Assembly (NCBI GenBank): GCA_018970425.1
Contig: JAGWWK010000001.1
Span: 144,845-208,844 of the forward strand
Reading direction: 5' to 3'
DNA length: 64,000 nt
From: Patescibacteria group bacterium
Lineage (GTDB): Bacteria > Patescibacteriota > Minisyncoccia > Phycocordibacterales > Phycocordibacteraceae
The notes beneath the pieces are model-generated. The model ran no database searches. It was given only the letters and a program-made list of their open reading frames with translations, and was not told the origin of the DNA. This document shows, piece by piece, positions 8,941 to 18,892 of the stretch; the first letter of the stretch is position 1, and every line of letters begins with the position of its first letter. The position numbers were made by a program, and so were the translations under genes.

Positions 8941-10757
8941 CGTACACGAAGAGCATTACCAAGCGGAAGGAAGTCGGTCAAAAAGTTATACAGCGCGGCT
9001 CCTTGCGGCCCGATGTACCCAATCGCAACGAGTGCAAGTCCAAACGCGTTTGTCGCCCCCCAAATATAGAAATCCTGCCGAGCAATACGGTTAGCGCTGC
9101 GGGCGAGCCGAAGCGTATACGGAATGGCGTCGAGGTTGTCGCGCATAACTACCAGCTCAGCGCTCTCAATAGTACCTTCAGCGCCCAGACCCCCCATCGC
9201 AATACCAACGGATGAACGCGCGAGTGCCGCCGCATCGTTAATCCCATCCCCAACCATCGCGACAGGACCCTCAGCTTCGAGCTCCGAGATGATGCGTACC
9301 TTATCCTCAGGCAGAAGATTTGCGTACGCACGGTCTATACCGGTCGTGGCGCGTACGGTCTCCCCTACGCGCTCATTGTCGCCGGTAAGAAGCACTGTCC
9401 GGACAATCCCGAGCGCTCGCAACTCCTCAATGACAGCTGATGCGTTATCCTTCACTCGGTCTTCCGCGGCGAGCGCTCCAATGATGGCGCCAGTTACAGA
9501 CACAAACGACACGCTTCGCCCAAGCCCTGCCTCGCGCACAGCCGCACTTCGGACGTTCTCAGGAATCTCAATACCTAACTCAATAAATAACGCTTCTTTC
9601 CCGAGCGCGATGGTGTCGGCTCCATCCGTAACTACAATCCCTCTACCGCCGAATTCCTTGACATCTGCAGGACTGACAGAAGTATCGGGTACTGCGTCTA
9701 AGATCGCGCGTGAGAGCGGGTGGCGCGAGTGGACTGCTGCACGCGCTGCCTCGCGAAGAACTCTCTCTCGGTCGCCGTGAGGAGCTACCACGGACGCGAT
9801 GCGAAGTATTCCTGTCGTGAGTGTACCGGTCTTATCAAACACGATCGTTGTAATACTGCCAAACCGTTCAAGGTGGCGCGCACTTTTTACAATAATGCCG
9901 CGCCGGGCGGCAGCGCGAATAGCGCGCAGGTACGTAATCGGTACCGCTACCGCGACATCGTCGGCGCACACCACGAGCACAACCGCAAGAACAAGCGCGG
10001 TGTCATGCGTAATTCCGAGGAGTACCGCAGACCCAAAAAATATAACGAGGAGATATATTCGTCCGAAGCGCTCGCCCATGGTTTCAGCAACCGGTTTCTG
10101 CGCGCGCGATGCCTCAACGAGCGCGATGACCCGCTCAAGCGTGGTGTCTTTCCCAACACGTGTCGCGCGAAGCACTAGAGAGCCCGATGCGACGAGCGTC
10201 GATGAGTAGACCTGACTTCCCTCGCGCACATCAACGGGTAGCGACTCTCCAGTGAGCGTAGACTCATCAATGGCTGCCTCGCCGCGAAGCACCGTTCCGT
10301 CTACAGGTACTCGTTCGGAGATACGCACATGCACAATCTCACCAACCTGAACCGCGTCAACCGGCACAGTAACGAGAGACTCACCGCGCTCAATGAGCGC
10401 CGTTTGCGGCTTGAGCTTGAGGAGCGAGCGGATGCTTGACTCAACCTGTGAGCGAGTCAGGTCCGCAAGAATGCGCGCCGCCGCAAGCATAAGCGCGATA
10501 AACACCGCGGAAGCCCACGCACTAGTCGCGAGAGAGAACAGTAACGCCACGGATGCAAGGAGTTCCATTGACCCCCACTCGCGCGCCCGCACTGATCTAA
10601 CTGCCTGATACACGACTGGCGCGGTTCCAAGAAGTGCCGCTCCGACGAGGAGTGCGTCCCTGAGCGGAGCAGCTATAAAAAATGAAGCAATGAGTACGAT
10701 AGAGAGAAGCGCTGCAATGAGCGCGTCTCTCTGATACGGCGTAAGCTCTGCGCGCAT
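8937..10757 (-). CDS. Heavy-metal P1B-type ATPase with atypical CAD motif
   Basis: TGES, DKTGT, SRHP, TGDN, GDGIND; membrane site VVCADD where CPC is expected; no N-terminal metal-binding domain. Confidence 0.9.
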   Translation of the reverse strand: MRAELTPYQRDALIAALLSIVLIASFFIAAPLRDALLVGAALLGTAPVVYQAVRSVRAREWGSMELLASVALLFSLATSAWASAVFIALMLAAARILADLTRSQVESSIRSLLKLKPQTALIERGESLVTVPVDAVQVGEIVHVRISERVPVDGTVLRGEAAIDESTLTGESLPVDVREGSQVYSSTLVASGSLVLRATRVGKDTTLERVIALVEASRAQKPVAETMGERFGRIYLLVIFFGSAVLLGITHDTALVLAVVLVVCADDVAVAVPITYLRAIRAAARRGIIVKSARHLERFGSITTIVFDKTGTLTTGILRIASVVAPHGDRERVLREAARAAVHSRHPLSRAILDAVPDTSVSPADVKEFGGRGIVVTDGADTIALGKEALFIELGIEIPENVRSAAVREAGLGRSVSFVSVTGAIIGALAAEDRVKDNASAVIEELRALGIVRTVLLTGDNERVGETVRATTGIDRAYANLLPEDKVRIISELEAEGPVAMVGDGINDAAALARSSVGIAMGGLGAEGTIESAELVVMRDNLDAIPYTLRLARSANRIARQDFYIWGATNAFGLALVAIGYIGPQGAALYNFLTDFLPLGNALRVR

Positions 10758-10766
10758 GCGTACGCG

Positions 10767-11180
10767 TTACAAGACTCCGAATCCTATAAGCGCCGCACCG
10801 ACCCAACCGAGCGTTGACGCGGCTCCGGAGAGCATAAGGAGAAACTGTTCGTGACGCGGAAGCGCGGCAAAGGGCTTTTCAAACGCACGCTGCATGAGCC
10901 AGTGAATAACGAACGAGTTTACGATAAGAAGGAGTACAAATGCCATCTTGAGCCAGAACGATGGCAGGCCTGAAAGGTACGCCACGCGATCATACGCCAG
11001 ATACGCGCCCGAGAGCACCATCCCTACTAGCCCGAACCAGACAAATGTGTGCAATCGACTAACCACTCGCCGATCAAGCGTTACAACTTCTCCGCGGAAA
11101 TATCGCCATCCGAGGTAGTCTGCCCATACGATTCCGCACACCGTAGCGACGAGTATAGCGAGGTGGAGTGTCGTATCCAT
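10767..11180 (-). CDS. Four-TM membrane protein (DUF2214/DUF6644-like)
   Basis: Hydrophobic helices, LSG...FWLKM...N motif, membrane His residues. Confidence 0.6.
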   Translation of the reverse strand: MDTTLHLAILVATVCGIVWADYLGWRYFRGEVVTLDRRVVSRLHTFVWFGLVGMVLSGAYLAYDRVAYLSGLPSFWLKMAFVLLLIVNSFVIHWLMQRAFEKPFAALPRHEQFLLMLSGAASTLGWVGAALIGFGVL

Positions 11181-11186
11181 ACTGCG

Positions 11187-11633
11187 TTAGGGCAGAAGAT
11201 TGCCGATCTTGAACTGTGAGAGCGCTGCTTCAGCATTCTCTTGCATGCCGTGCGCGCGACCAAACGCAGCCGACCCATCCTTGCCGCAGATTGATACAAT
11301 GCGACTCGCTCCTCCCGGATGGCGATCAATCCATGACGTGAGGTCGTAGACAAAACCGTTAATGCTACTCCAGCACGATGATCGATCTGCATGACGAGCT
11401 ACTTCGTCACGCGTAATGCCTGCCGCACGCGTTTCAGCCTCGACAGCAGTATCAGCCTTCGGCGCGTTAGGGCGTACCGACTCACTCACTTCTTCGCGAG
11501 GTACGCGATACTCAATAGCTTCATCTACGCTCGGAGGACGCTCAGGGTACGCGGGAGACTCTGGTGCATTCAGTACGTAGGTGCCTACAGCGCCGAGAGC
11601 AACGAGAAGAATGACTATAACGCCGTATTTCAT
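11187..11633 (-). CDS. Membrane-anchored cytochrome b5-like heme-binding protein
   Basis: EVARH...SCW...VYDLT.W...HPGG...CGKDG..AF...H. Confidence 0.9.
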   Translation of the reverse strand: MKYGVIVILLVALGAVGTYVLNAPESPAYPERPPSVDEAIEYRVPREEVSESVRPNAPKADTAVEAETRAAGITRDEVARHADRSSCWSSINGFVYDLTSWIDRHPGGASRIVSICGKDGSAAFGRAHGMQENAEAALSQFKIGNLLP

Positions 11634-12277
11634 ATGCCTACAATGCTACCACGCGTCGCCTCTGGCTTCAGATACCGAAGCCGCACCCGCCGCATAAGCG
11701 GATAGCTCGCGATGTAGAACGACAGATGCAGTGCCACAAGATACCCCATCCCGCCATGTGTGAGCGCTATGTACGCGAGCACGCTTCCTCCGACGAGCGA
11801 TGCGGTCGCAAAAATAATCGCATACCGTGCTGGAAGAATAAAAAATAGGAGTAGGTGGGCAACAAAAAAGTAGAGTGCGAATGCTGCGCCCCCATATACC
11901 ATGCCAAGAAGCTGCTCGAACGCAAGAACAACGATGACTGCCATCGTGATTTGGAACAGAACATCGGCGGCTTTCGCGGCGGCATACCCCAGAGACCCTT
12001 CCCCGCCGGGCGTGTAGGCAAAGCGGCCAGTGAGCGCCCCAACAATAAGGAGTAAGAGAACGCCTGCGAGCGCAGCAATCTCGTATACGCTCATGTAGAG
12101 AAGACGAAGCACGGGCTCCATTGAAAAAAGAATGAGGCCGCCAAGAGTGCCTAAGAAGAAATACATCGAGACAAGAACCGGTGCGTGCCAGTAGTCAATC
12201 CGCCGTTTAAATAGTACGCCCTCATACAATCCGAATAGCGCGAGGAAGTAGAGGATCGGCGCAACAAGGTCGAGCAT
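11630..12277 (-). CDS. Multi-pass membrane hypothetical protein
   Basis: ~7 hydrophobic segments; start reassigned to ATG 12277. Confidence 0.7.
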   Translation of the reverse strand: MLDLVAPILYFLALFGLYEGVLFKRRIDYWHAPVLVSMYFFLGTLGGLILFSMEPVLRLLYMSVYEIAALAGVLLLLIVGALTGRFAYTPGGEGSLGYAAAKAADVLFQITMAVIVVLAFEQLLGMVYGGAAFALYFFVAHLLLFFILPARYAIIFATASLVGGSVLAYIALTHGGMGYLVALHLSFYIASYPLMRRVRLRYLKPEATRGSIVGI

Positions 12278-12315
12278 GTGTCTAGAGTAAGTATAGCGCG
12301 TGCTACGATTTGCGA

Positions 12316-13131
12316 ATGGATTCGCTCCTATCATTTTCTATTCTCGGCGCGCTAGAGGGGCTTACGGAATTTCTCCCAATTTCGTCAACGGGACACCTAA
12401 TCGTAGCGCGCGATTTTTTTAGCCTCAGTACTGGAAATGATCTCGCTGTTGATGCGGTGCTCCAGCTCGCGACCATTCTTGCGCTCGTCGTTTATTTCAG
12501 ACGCGATCTCTATGAACTTCTTCGCACCGCGCTCGCGCTCGTGTCGAGAAAATCAGCTGGGACAGCAGAAACAGCACTCCTCATCAGTATCATTGTCGGA
12601 ACTATTCCCGCGCTCGTATTTGGCCTCATGCTCGAGGACATCATGGCAACGATCTTTCGGTCATCAACGCTCGTCGCGTACGCCCTGATTGCTGGCTCTG
12701 TCATAATGCTCGCGGCTGAATGGCTACGGCCTAAAACACTCATTACCATACCGGACATCTCCCCTAGACGGGCGATGATCATTGGACTTTTTCAGTCCCT
12801 CGCGCTCATTCCGGGTATGAGTCGCTCTGGCATGACCACTGCGGGCGGAATGTTTCTCGGACTCTCCCGATCTGAAAGCACGCGATTCGGCTTCATTCTT
12901 TCTATTCCGATACTCATCGGCGCAGGAAGTAAAAAAGCGATAGAGCTCGCGACGAGCGGAGCACTCTCTTCATTCGGAGTCGAACTTGTTATAGGGTCCG
13001 TCATCGCGTTTGTGATCGGCGTGTCCACCATTCATTTGTTCCTCACCATCGCGCGCAAGACGCCACTCACCGTCTTTGTGGCGTATCGTCTCGCACTGGC
13101 GGTGTTTATCCTTATCTACCTTGGCGCGTAG
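12316..13131 (+). CDS. uppP: Undecaprenyl-diphosphate phosphatase (BacA)
   Basis: EGLTEFLPISSTGH and PGMSRSG motifs. Confidence 0.95.
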   Translation: MDSLLSFSILGALEGLTEFLPISSTGHLIVARDFFSLSTGNDLAVDAVLQLATILALVVYFRRDLYELLRTALALVSRKSAGTAETALLISIIVGTIPALVFGLMLEDIMATIFRSSTLVAYALIAGSVIMLAAEWLRPKTLITIPDISPRRAMIIGLFQSLALIPGMSRSGMTTAGGMFLGLSRSESTRFGFILSIPILIGAGSKKAIELATSGALSSFGVELVIGSVIAFVIGVSTIHLFLTIARKTPLTVFVAYRLALAVFILIYLGA

Positions 13132-13182
13132 TATTCGCCGCCCATCGGCTCGAGGGCCGAAAAATCACGGTACAGTGAGCGT

Positions 13183-13869
13183 ATGGATTTTTTATACTAC
13201 ACGAGCCCGGTACTCATCGCTGCTGTAACAGCGCTCTCTATAGCAGCCTACTCATGGCATCGGTACTCACTCGCGTCCGTCGTTGTGCTTGGCTGGGGAG
13301 CCGCCGCAATCATACTTGGCCAACTCACCTTCTTTGACGGTTTGCTTGTTTGGCTACCATCCGACTGGCCGTATTTCATCGCATTTGCACTTCTTGCCTT
13401 CACTCCGGCAGCGCTCCTTGTGGTGGCAGCAGCACGCTCCAGGAAATTCAAGATGTTTCTTGAGAACGTCCCGATACGCATACTTCTCCTCACCCAAATC
13501 TCAAGAATTGGAGGTATTGCCCTCATCGCCGCGTACTTGCGCGGAGAACTACCTGCCCACATTGGCCTTATATCAGGAGGTATTGACATCGCGGTCGCGA
13601 TTTCTGCATTCGCACTCGCGTACTATTACCCAAAAGGTAACGCTCCGGTACTCGGAGTTGCGTGGGCATCTGTCTCCCTCCTAGACTTTATGTGGGCGGT
13701 GTCTATCGTGACCGCCTCGTTCCTTGGTTTTATCGCCGTAGTTCCCGCACCAGCCCTCATGGGTGCGCCACCACTTCTTGTCATCTCACTTTTCGCACTT
13801 CCTCTCGGCATATTTGTGAGCATCGAGGTCTTACGTCGCTCATGGACGAACGCATTCAGGCCACAGTAG
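13183..13869 (+). CDS. Multi-pass membrane hypothetical protein
   Basis: ~7 TM segments; Q..RIGG...G.LP...GGID pattern. Confidence 0.7.
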   Translation: MDFLYYTSPVLIAAVTALSIAAYSWHRYSLASVVVLGWGAAAIILGQLTFFDGLLVWLPSDWPYFIAFALLAFTPAALLVVAAARSRKFKMFLENVPIRILLLTQISRIGGIALIAAYLRGELPAHIGLISGGIDIAVAISAFALAYYYPKGNAPVLGVAWASVSLLDFMWAVSIVTASFLGFIAVVPAPALMGAPPLLVISLFALPLGIFVSIEVLRRSWTNAFRPQ

Positions 13870-13894
13870 GCATTGACCTAAACCATCGCATCCT

Positions 13895-14746
13895 CTACGC
13901 AATACCGCACGTATTTTTTCCTATCGCAGCATAGAACCCGCACCATGAGAAGATCGCCTCAAAGAGCGCGAACCCCGAGAAAAAGATGAGGATCGGGCTC
14001 CAATTCGTAGTAATTGCTAAAACGAAAAGAGCGATCGCAAGTACTAACCGAAGAATGCGGTCGGCTCGTCCTATATTCTGCGGCGCGGCGCGTGCGCCAG
14101 TCGCGAATCGCGTTAGCACTGCCCGGTATAACAGGCCCGCAATGAATGCAAGGACAAACAGCACACTAATAAGCCCGTACCCGAGTGGTGATGTGATAAA
14201 AGTTACGGGCGATGTGTCAAAAAAATCTCGCTTCAACGTCGGAATGAGCGCAAGTGTGGTAATCGTCTCTTGTATACCAAACGCCTCAATCTTTCCTATC
14301 GCGAGCGCATAGTTGCTTTGATTTGACGGACTAAAGACGCGCACTTCATAAGTACCCGCTGGAACGAGATTTTCGTACTCGGGACCTTTCCAGTAGTAGT
14401 CTGCCCCAAATGGCTCATAAAACTTTTCCCAACCATCGACTTGACTCTCGAGTCGGGCGATACGTTCGCCATTTCGAAGGATATCTGCCGATACATCTCT
14501 CTGTGGAACCTCAAGAGCAGGCACGAGCACATTGACGTACAAGTTAAACGGCGCGTCTGCGGTCATAATAAACACATCTGGCGCGCCTGAAAGTGTGCCA
14601 TAAAAAGCCTTTGACACCTCTGGTTCCGTCACCTGGGTCTCGCGGCTTTCAACAATGCGCGGCTGGTGCGCGAGGGCGGTGAGTGGGAGCGTGATGAAGA
14701 GTGAAAGCGCTGCGAAAAAAACTGCTGAGCATTTTTGAACGTTCAT
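13895..14746 (-). CDS. Secreted domain plus C-terminal DUF2892 (YgaP-like) membrane domain
   Basis: Signal peptide ending ALA-HQP; C-terminal NIGRADRILR...WCGFYAAIGKNTC. Confidence 0.75.
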   Translation of the reverse strand: MNVQKCSAVFFAALSLFITLPLTALAHQPRIVESRETQVTEPEVSKAFYGTLSGAPDVFIMTADAPFNLYVNVLVPALEVPQRDVSADILRNGERIARLESQVDGWEKFYEPFGADYYWKGPEYENLVPAGTYEVRVFSPSNQSNYALAIGKIEAFGIQETITTLALIPTLKRDFFDTSPVTFITSPLGYGLISVLFVLAFIAGLLYRAVLTRFATGARAAPQNIGRADRILRLVLAIALFVLAITTNWSPILIFFSGFALFEAIFSWCGFYAAIGKNTCGIA

Positions 14747-14778
14747 TCTACGGTAAGTATACCGCTCCTCTATCTCAA

Positions 14779-16026
14779 TCATCGCTCCCCTGCGTGCGAC
14801 CCTGCAACGAACCCGGTTGACCACGCGAGTTGCAGGGAGTACCCGCCCGACGGGCGTCTAATGTGAAGCAAGTCACCTAAAATGAATACATTACTCAGCT
14901 TTTTCGAGCGCGTGGTGCGCATGTCCACCTCTGCAACCGGTACACCTCCGTCCGCGACTACTGATCGATCAAAGCCCATGAGTCCCTCGATTGTTATGGG
15001 CAGGGCTTTCAAGAGGCGCACCAAGGAGCCACGATTCTCTCTCGACAGCGAGTGCACCTTGGTCTCTACCATCTCGGTCGGTAGGAGCATGAGGATGCCG
15101 CGCAGCGTCCCTTCTGGCACTATATCGCGGAGCGCATTTCTAAGTACTTTGTTTTTGCTTTGAGCAAAACGGCCGAGCACCAAGGCATCGAGCGCACCTA
15201 CATCGAGATCTGGATACAGATCGATTTTTGCTGTCACCGCTCCGGTATACATGAGGTCAGAAACCTTGTGTGCCACATTTAAAATAAGTGGCCCTGAAAT
15301 TCCGAAGTGCGTACACAGTACGGTGCCTTTCTCTGAAAATGCCTTACGTCCCTCCGCGTAAAATGTAATCTTCATATCATGAATGGCGACTCCAGCCAGC
15401 TCATGGCTCCATCGCTCACGTGTTTTGAGAGGTACGATGGTCGGTGTTGGTTTTTGAACTGTGTGCCCAAGAGCCCGAAGCCAGGCGAACCCGTCTCCCG
15501 TCGATCCAGTTTCAGGATGCGACACCCCTCCGGTTGCGAAAACAAACTCGCGCGCGCCATATGTGCGTCCTCCTGCGGTGACCGAGCGTACTCGCCCACC
15601 ATCCGCATGAACCTCAGTGACTGGCGTATCGGTCAAGATTGTTACAGAACCCTTCGCAAGGTACCTCTGAAGTGCTGAAACAACGTCTTCGGCCCGCTCC
15701 GTTTCAGGAAACATACGATTCCGTGCCTCGGTTTTGAGTGGAAGTCCGAGTTTAGTAAAAAATACCTCTGTATCCTTCTGTCCAAACTGCGCGAAGAGCG
15801 CGTACAGGTACTTACCCGCACTCCCGTACGAACGTACAAATGCGTGTATATCTGGCTCAGCGTTCGTAATGTTACAGCGTCCACCGCCGGAAATGCGCAG
15901 CTTCTCCCCGAGTGTCGCGTTTTTTTCAAAAAGAAGAACGGAAAGGCCGCGCTCACCGGCGCGGCCTGCGGCCATAAGTCCCGACGCACCTCCGCCAATG
16001 ACGATAAGGTCGAACGGTCGCTCCAT
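14779..16026 (-). CDS. HI0933/YhiN (BaiN/RdsA-like) flavoprotein oxidoreductase
   Basis: IGGGASG, KLRISGGGRCNITN, ATGG.S.P.TGSTGDG, THFGISGP, GGYSLQ.AWSTG. Confidence 0.9.
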   Translation of the reverse strand: MERPFDLIVIGGGASGLMAAGRAGERGLSVLLFEKNATLGEKLRISGGGRCNITNAEPDIHAFVRSYGSAGKYLYALFAQFGQKDTEVFFTKLGLPLKTEARNRMFPETERAEDVVSALQRYLAKGSVTILTDTPVTEVHADGGRVRSVTAGGRTYGAREFVFATGGVSHPETGSTGDGFAWLRALGHTVQKPTPTIVPLKTRERWSHELAGVAIHDMKITFYAEGRKAFSEKGTVLCTHFGISGPLILNVAHKVSDLMYTGAVTAKIDLYPDLDVGALDALVLGRFAQSKNKVLRNALRDIVPEGTLRGILMLLPTEMVETKVHSLSRENRGSLVRLLKALPITIEGLMGFDRSVVADGGVPVAEVDMRTTRSKKLSNVFILGDLLHIRRPSGGYSLQLAWSTGFVAGSHAGER

Positions 16027-16029
16027 GCA

Positions 16030-16527
16030 CTACTTCTTGATACTCGCTTTCTTCTTTTTTGCTGCCACTTTCGGTGCTACTGCGTTAGTCTTTACTTTTG
16101 AAGACTCCGTGTGTGAAGCCGGCTGCAAGGTACTCACCAGAGATACCAACGCATCAAGCTTGTAGGCAAGTACTGCGATGTCGCGCTTCAGGTCATCAAT
16201 TCTCGGATCAGGTACGGTGCGCACCGGCTGCGGTGCAGAACGCTCGAAAGATCGGTCTCGGCGATCATCGCGCTGATCATCGCGTCTGAAGTCTCGACGC
16301 TCATCACGGCGGTGGTCGTGTCTGCCGTCACGGTCAAACGAGCGCGGTGCATCGCCTTCTGGGCGAACGAAGCAGTCTTTACAGTACACGGGCTTCTTCC
16401 CGTTCGGTTCAAACGGTACCGAACATGCCTTCCGGCACTTTGCGCACTCTGCATCAAACATCGGCCGGGAACCCCCGTCTGGGCGAAACGATCTTTTAAA
16501 GTCTCCGCGTTTTGGATATCCAGCCAT
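16030..16527 (-). CDS. CxxC-x17-CxxC domain protein
   Basis: MFDAECAKCRKACSVPFEP...PVYCKDCF, Arg/Asp low-complexity region, Lys-rich tail. Confidence 0.85.
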   Translation of the reverse strand: MAGYPKRGDFKRSFRPDGGSRPMFDAECAKCRKACSVPFEPNGKKPVYCKDCFVRPEGDAPRSFDRDGRHDHRRDERRDFRRDDQRDDRRDRSFERSAPQPVRTVPDPRIDDLKRDIAVLAYKLDALVSLVSTLQPASHTESSKVKTNAVAPKVAAKKKKASIKK

Positions 16528-16630
16528 AGTACGTTTACTATACACTATTTTATTAAAAATTCAACTATTGTTCCGCTGGTGCAGAATTCTCCTCAATGCG
16601 CTGCCGCGCAAAAAAATAAAATGTGCTGTG

Positions 16631-16701
16631 CTGGGGGACAGGGACTCGAACCCCGATAAACGCCTCCAAAGGGCGCTGTCCTACCATTAGACGATCCCCC
16701 A
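16631..16701 (-). tRNA. tRNA-Gln(TTG), CCA not encoded
   Basis: TGGGGGATCGTCTAATGGTAGGAC-GCGCC CTTTGGA GGCGT-...GGTTCGAGTCC...TCCCCCAG cloverleaf. Confidence 0.95.
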
Positions 16702-16832
16702 GCACAGAACATTTTTTGAGCGCGCGCTACCGACAAGCATTGCTCCCCGTTCGGCGACCTCTTGGGTAAAAAGCATCACATCGCAGAGCGATGCGTACTT
16801 ACTGTAGCAAATTCGTAACCTTTTTTCATGCG

Positions 16833-18038
16833 CTATTCGTAGCGAAGCGCTTCAGCCGGCTCCATGCGCGCTGCTTGTCGCGCAGGCAGTACTCCGGAGA
16901 GAATACCAACCACAAATGTTACGGCGAGCACTGCCGCTATTCCCCACAGGTCAAGCGACGCGAAGGAGAATAGTCCCGGGTACCCCAGGGACGCTGCGAC
17001 AACGCCAGTCACATAGGCAAGTCCAATCCCTAACGCGGTTCCAAGTACCCCACCCACGAGCCCAACGATACCCGCCTCAATGAGGAATAGCGAGAGAATC
17101 GCGTCATACGATGCGCCGACTGCCTTCAGTATTCCGATGTGCTTAGTGCGCTCAAGGACAGAGGTATACATTGTATTCATAATGCCGACTGCGCCCACAA
17201 CCAGAGACATGAGCGCAATAACCACGAGGGCGAGCTCAATGATACCGAGAATGTCTCCTACAATCCTTCCTGCCTTCTCAATTGTCATTACGGAAAAGTC
17301 CCGGACGGTGTCTTGCTTTGAAAGTGCGAAGCGGATTTCTTGAACGACACGGTTCGGGTCAGCGGTCGGGGCGACTTTTACCAGACCACTCATTACGCCT
17401 TCTCGTATGCCGGTAAGCTGCCGGTAGTACGGAAGCGAGACATACACTTGGTTGTCATCGGTGTGACTCCCCAGCTCACCAACGTATCCGACAATTTTAA
17501 ACCTCTTTGACTTAATAATGAGCTCGTCGCCAATGCGCACTCGTTCAGCAAATAGCTCTTTGTATGCTAAATATCCAAGCACCACCTCACTCGCACTATC
17601 TGACGCAAGCCAGCGCCCCTCTGCAATCCGTATACCCTGTGAGGACTCGAATGTTGCATACATATCTCGTGCAGGCCCACCGACAACTAGAATTGTTTTT
17701 TTCTCTCCTTTAAACTCTGCGTTCAGGAACGACTGATCCATAGGAACAACGGATTCAACACCCGGTATCGACGCGAGCGCCGTAATATCTGCCTCCTTAA
17801 ACTTCACTCCGCCAATGAGGCTCACGAACGGGTTTGTGGGCTCTCCTGGGTAAATAAACACGAGGTTTGAGCCGAAGCCCTGGAGGAGCCGCGCCACAGA
17901 ATTCTGCACGCCACTGCCGAGCGCAAGAATCATAACAACGAGCATAATGCCAATCACAACGCCAGTAACAGTAAGCCAACTGCGAAGTGAGCGGTACCGT
18001 AGACTGCGAAGCGTAAGAAATAATAGATCTGTAAACAT
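16833..18038 (-). CDS. MacB/FtsX-family ABC transporter permease
   Basis: RSWLTVTGVVIG, GIMNTMYTSVLERTKHIGILKAVGA, PARQAARMEPAEALRYE. Confidence 0.92.
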   Translation of the reverse strand: MFTDLLFLTLRSLRYRSLRSWLTVTGVVIGIMLVVMILALGSGVQNSVARLLQGFGSNLVFIYPGEPTNPFVSLIGGVKFKEADITALASIPGVESVVPMDQSFLNAEFKGEKKTILVVGGPARDMYATFESSQGIRIAEGRWLASDSASEVVLGYLAYKELFAERVRIGDELIIKSKRFKIVGYVGELGSHTDDNQVYVSLPYYRQLTGIREGVMSGLVKVAPTADPNRVVQEIRFALSKQDTVRDFSVMTIEKAGRIVGDILGIIELALVVIALMSLVVGAVGIMNTMYTSVLERTKHIGILKAVGASYDAILSLFLIEAGIVGLVGGVLGTALGIGLAYVTGVVAASLGYPGLFSFASLDLWGIAAVLAVTFVVGILSGVLPARQAARMEPAEALRYE

Positions 18039-18040
18039 AG

Positions 18041-18892
18041 TTAGTGCGTATACGCGCCGGGCTCGCGCGCCTGATGCTCAAGTACGCGTCCGTCTTTAAG
18101 CACGATCGTGCGGTCGGCAAGCCCGGCGATGGTAGCGTCATGAGTCACTATGATAAGCGTTTTTCGCTCAATCGAGTGCAGGTGCTTAAGCACCTCCAGT
18201 ACCTTAGCGCCTGTTTCAGAGTCAAGGTTTCCCGTCGGCTCGTCACCTAGAATAATGTCAGGATCATTCGCAATAGCACGCACCAATGCCGCTCGCTGTT
18301 GTTCACCGCCCGACAGATGGCTCGGCAAGTGTCCTATGCGATGCTTGAGTCCCACATCCACCAAACGCTGACGGAGCGCACTCTCGCGTGCCTTTCCACG
18401 ACCAGAAAACAATGCGGGCAGCATCGCATTTTCAATCACGGACAGCCAGGGGATCAAGTTGTACTGCTGGAACACAAATCCAAAGGTTTGCGCTCGAATG
18501 CCTGCACGCTCTTCATCGCTAAACTCAGCACTATGCTTGCCTTCTATATATATGTCTCCGCGCGTTGGCCGATCGAGCATGCCGATCATATTGAGGAGCG
18601 TGCTTTTTCCGGACCCACTAGCTCCAACTATTGAAACAAACTCTCCCTCCCATACCGTAAGGTCGATTCCGCGGAGCACCGGGGTCTCCGCCTCGCCCGA
18701 CCCGAATGATTTATGTAGACCGCGAACTCTCAGTACAGGCTCACCTGCGTAGCGAACTGGTTCCTGTTGAAATCGATCAGCACAGATATCGCTGCAGAAT
18801 GTCGTCTGCCTATCCGCAATCTTTCTGACAACGGGCATAGCGACGAGCTGAATACCGCACACCGCGCAATACGCAAGTTCAGTCATACTCAT
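18041..18892 (-). CDS. LolD/MacB-type ABC ATP-binding protein with N-terminal YHS/TRASH-like domain
   Basis: [24 protein letters not shown]; N-terminus CAVCG...[14 protein letters not shown]. Confidence 0.9.
   Translation of the reverse strand: MSMTELAYCAVCGIQLVAMPVVRKIADRQTTFCSDICADRFQQEPVRYAGEPVLRVRGLHKSFGSGEAETPVLRGIDLTVWEGEFVSIVGASGSGKSTLLNMIGMLDRPTRGDIYIEGKHSAEFSDEERAGIRAQTFGFVFQQYNLIPWLSVIENAMLPALFSGRGKARESALRQRLVDVGLKHRIGHLPSHLSGGEQQRAALVRAIANDPDIILGDEPTGNLDSETGAKVLEVLKHLHSIERKTLIIVTHDATIAGLADRTIVLKDGRVLEHQAREPGAYTH

Noticed and set aside
16240-16330. Tandem repeat in the CxxC-x17-CxxC gene
   Set aside because: Arg/Asp low-complexity protein sequence without exact DNA repeats.
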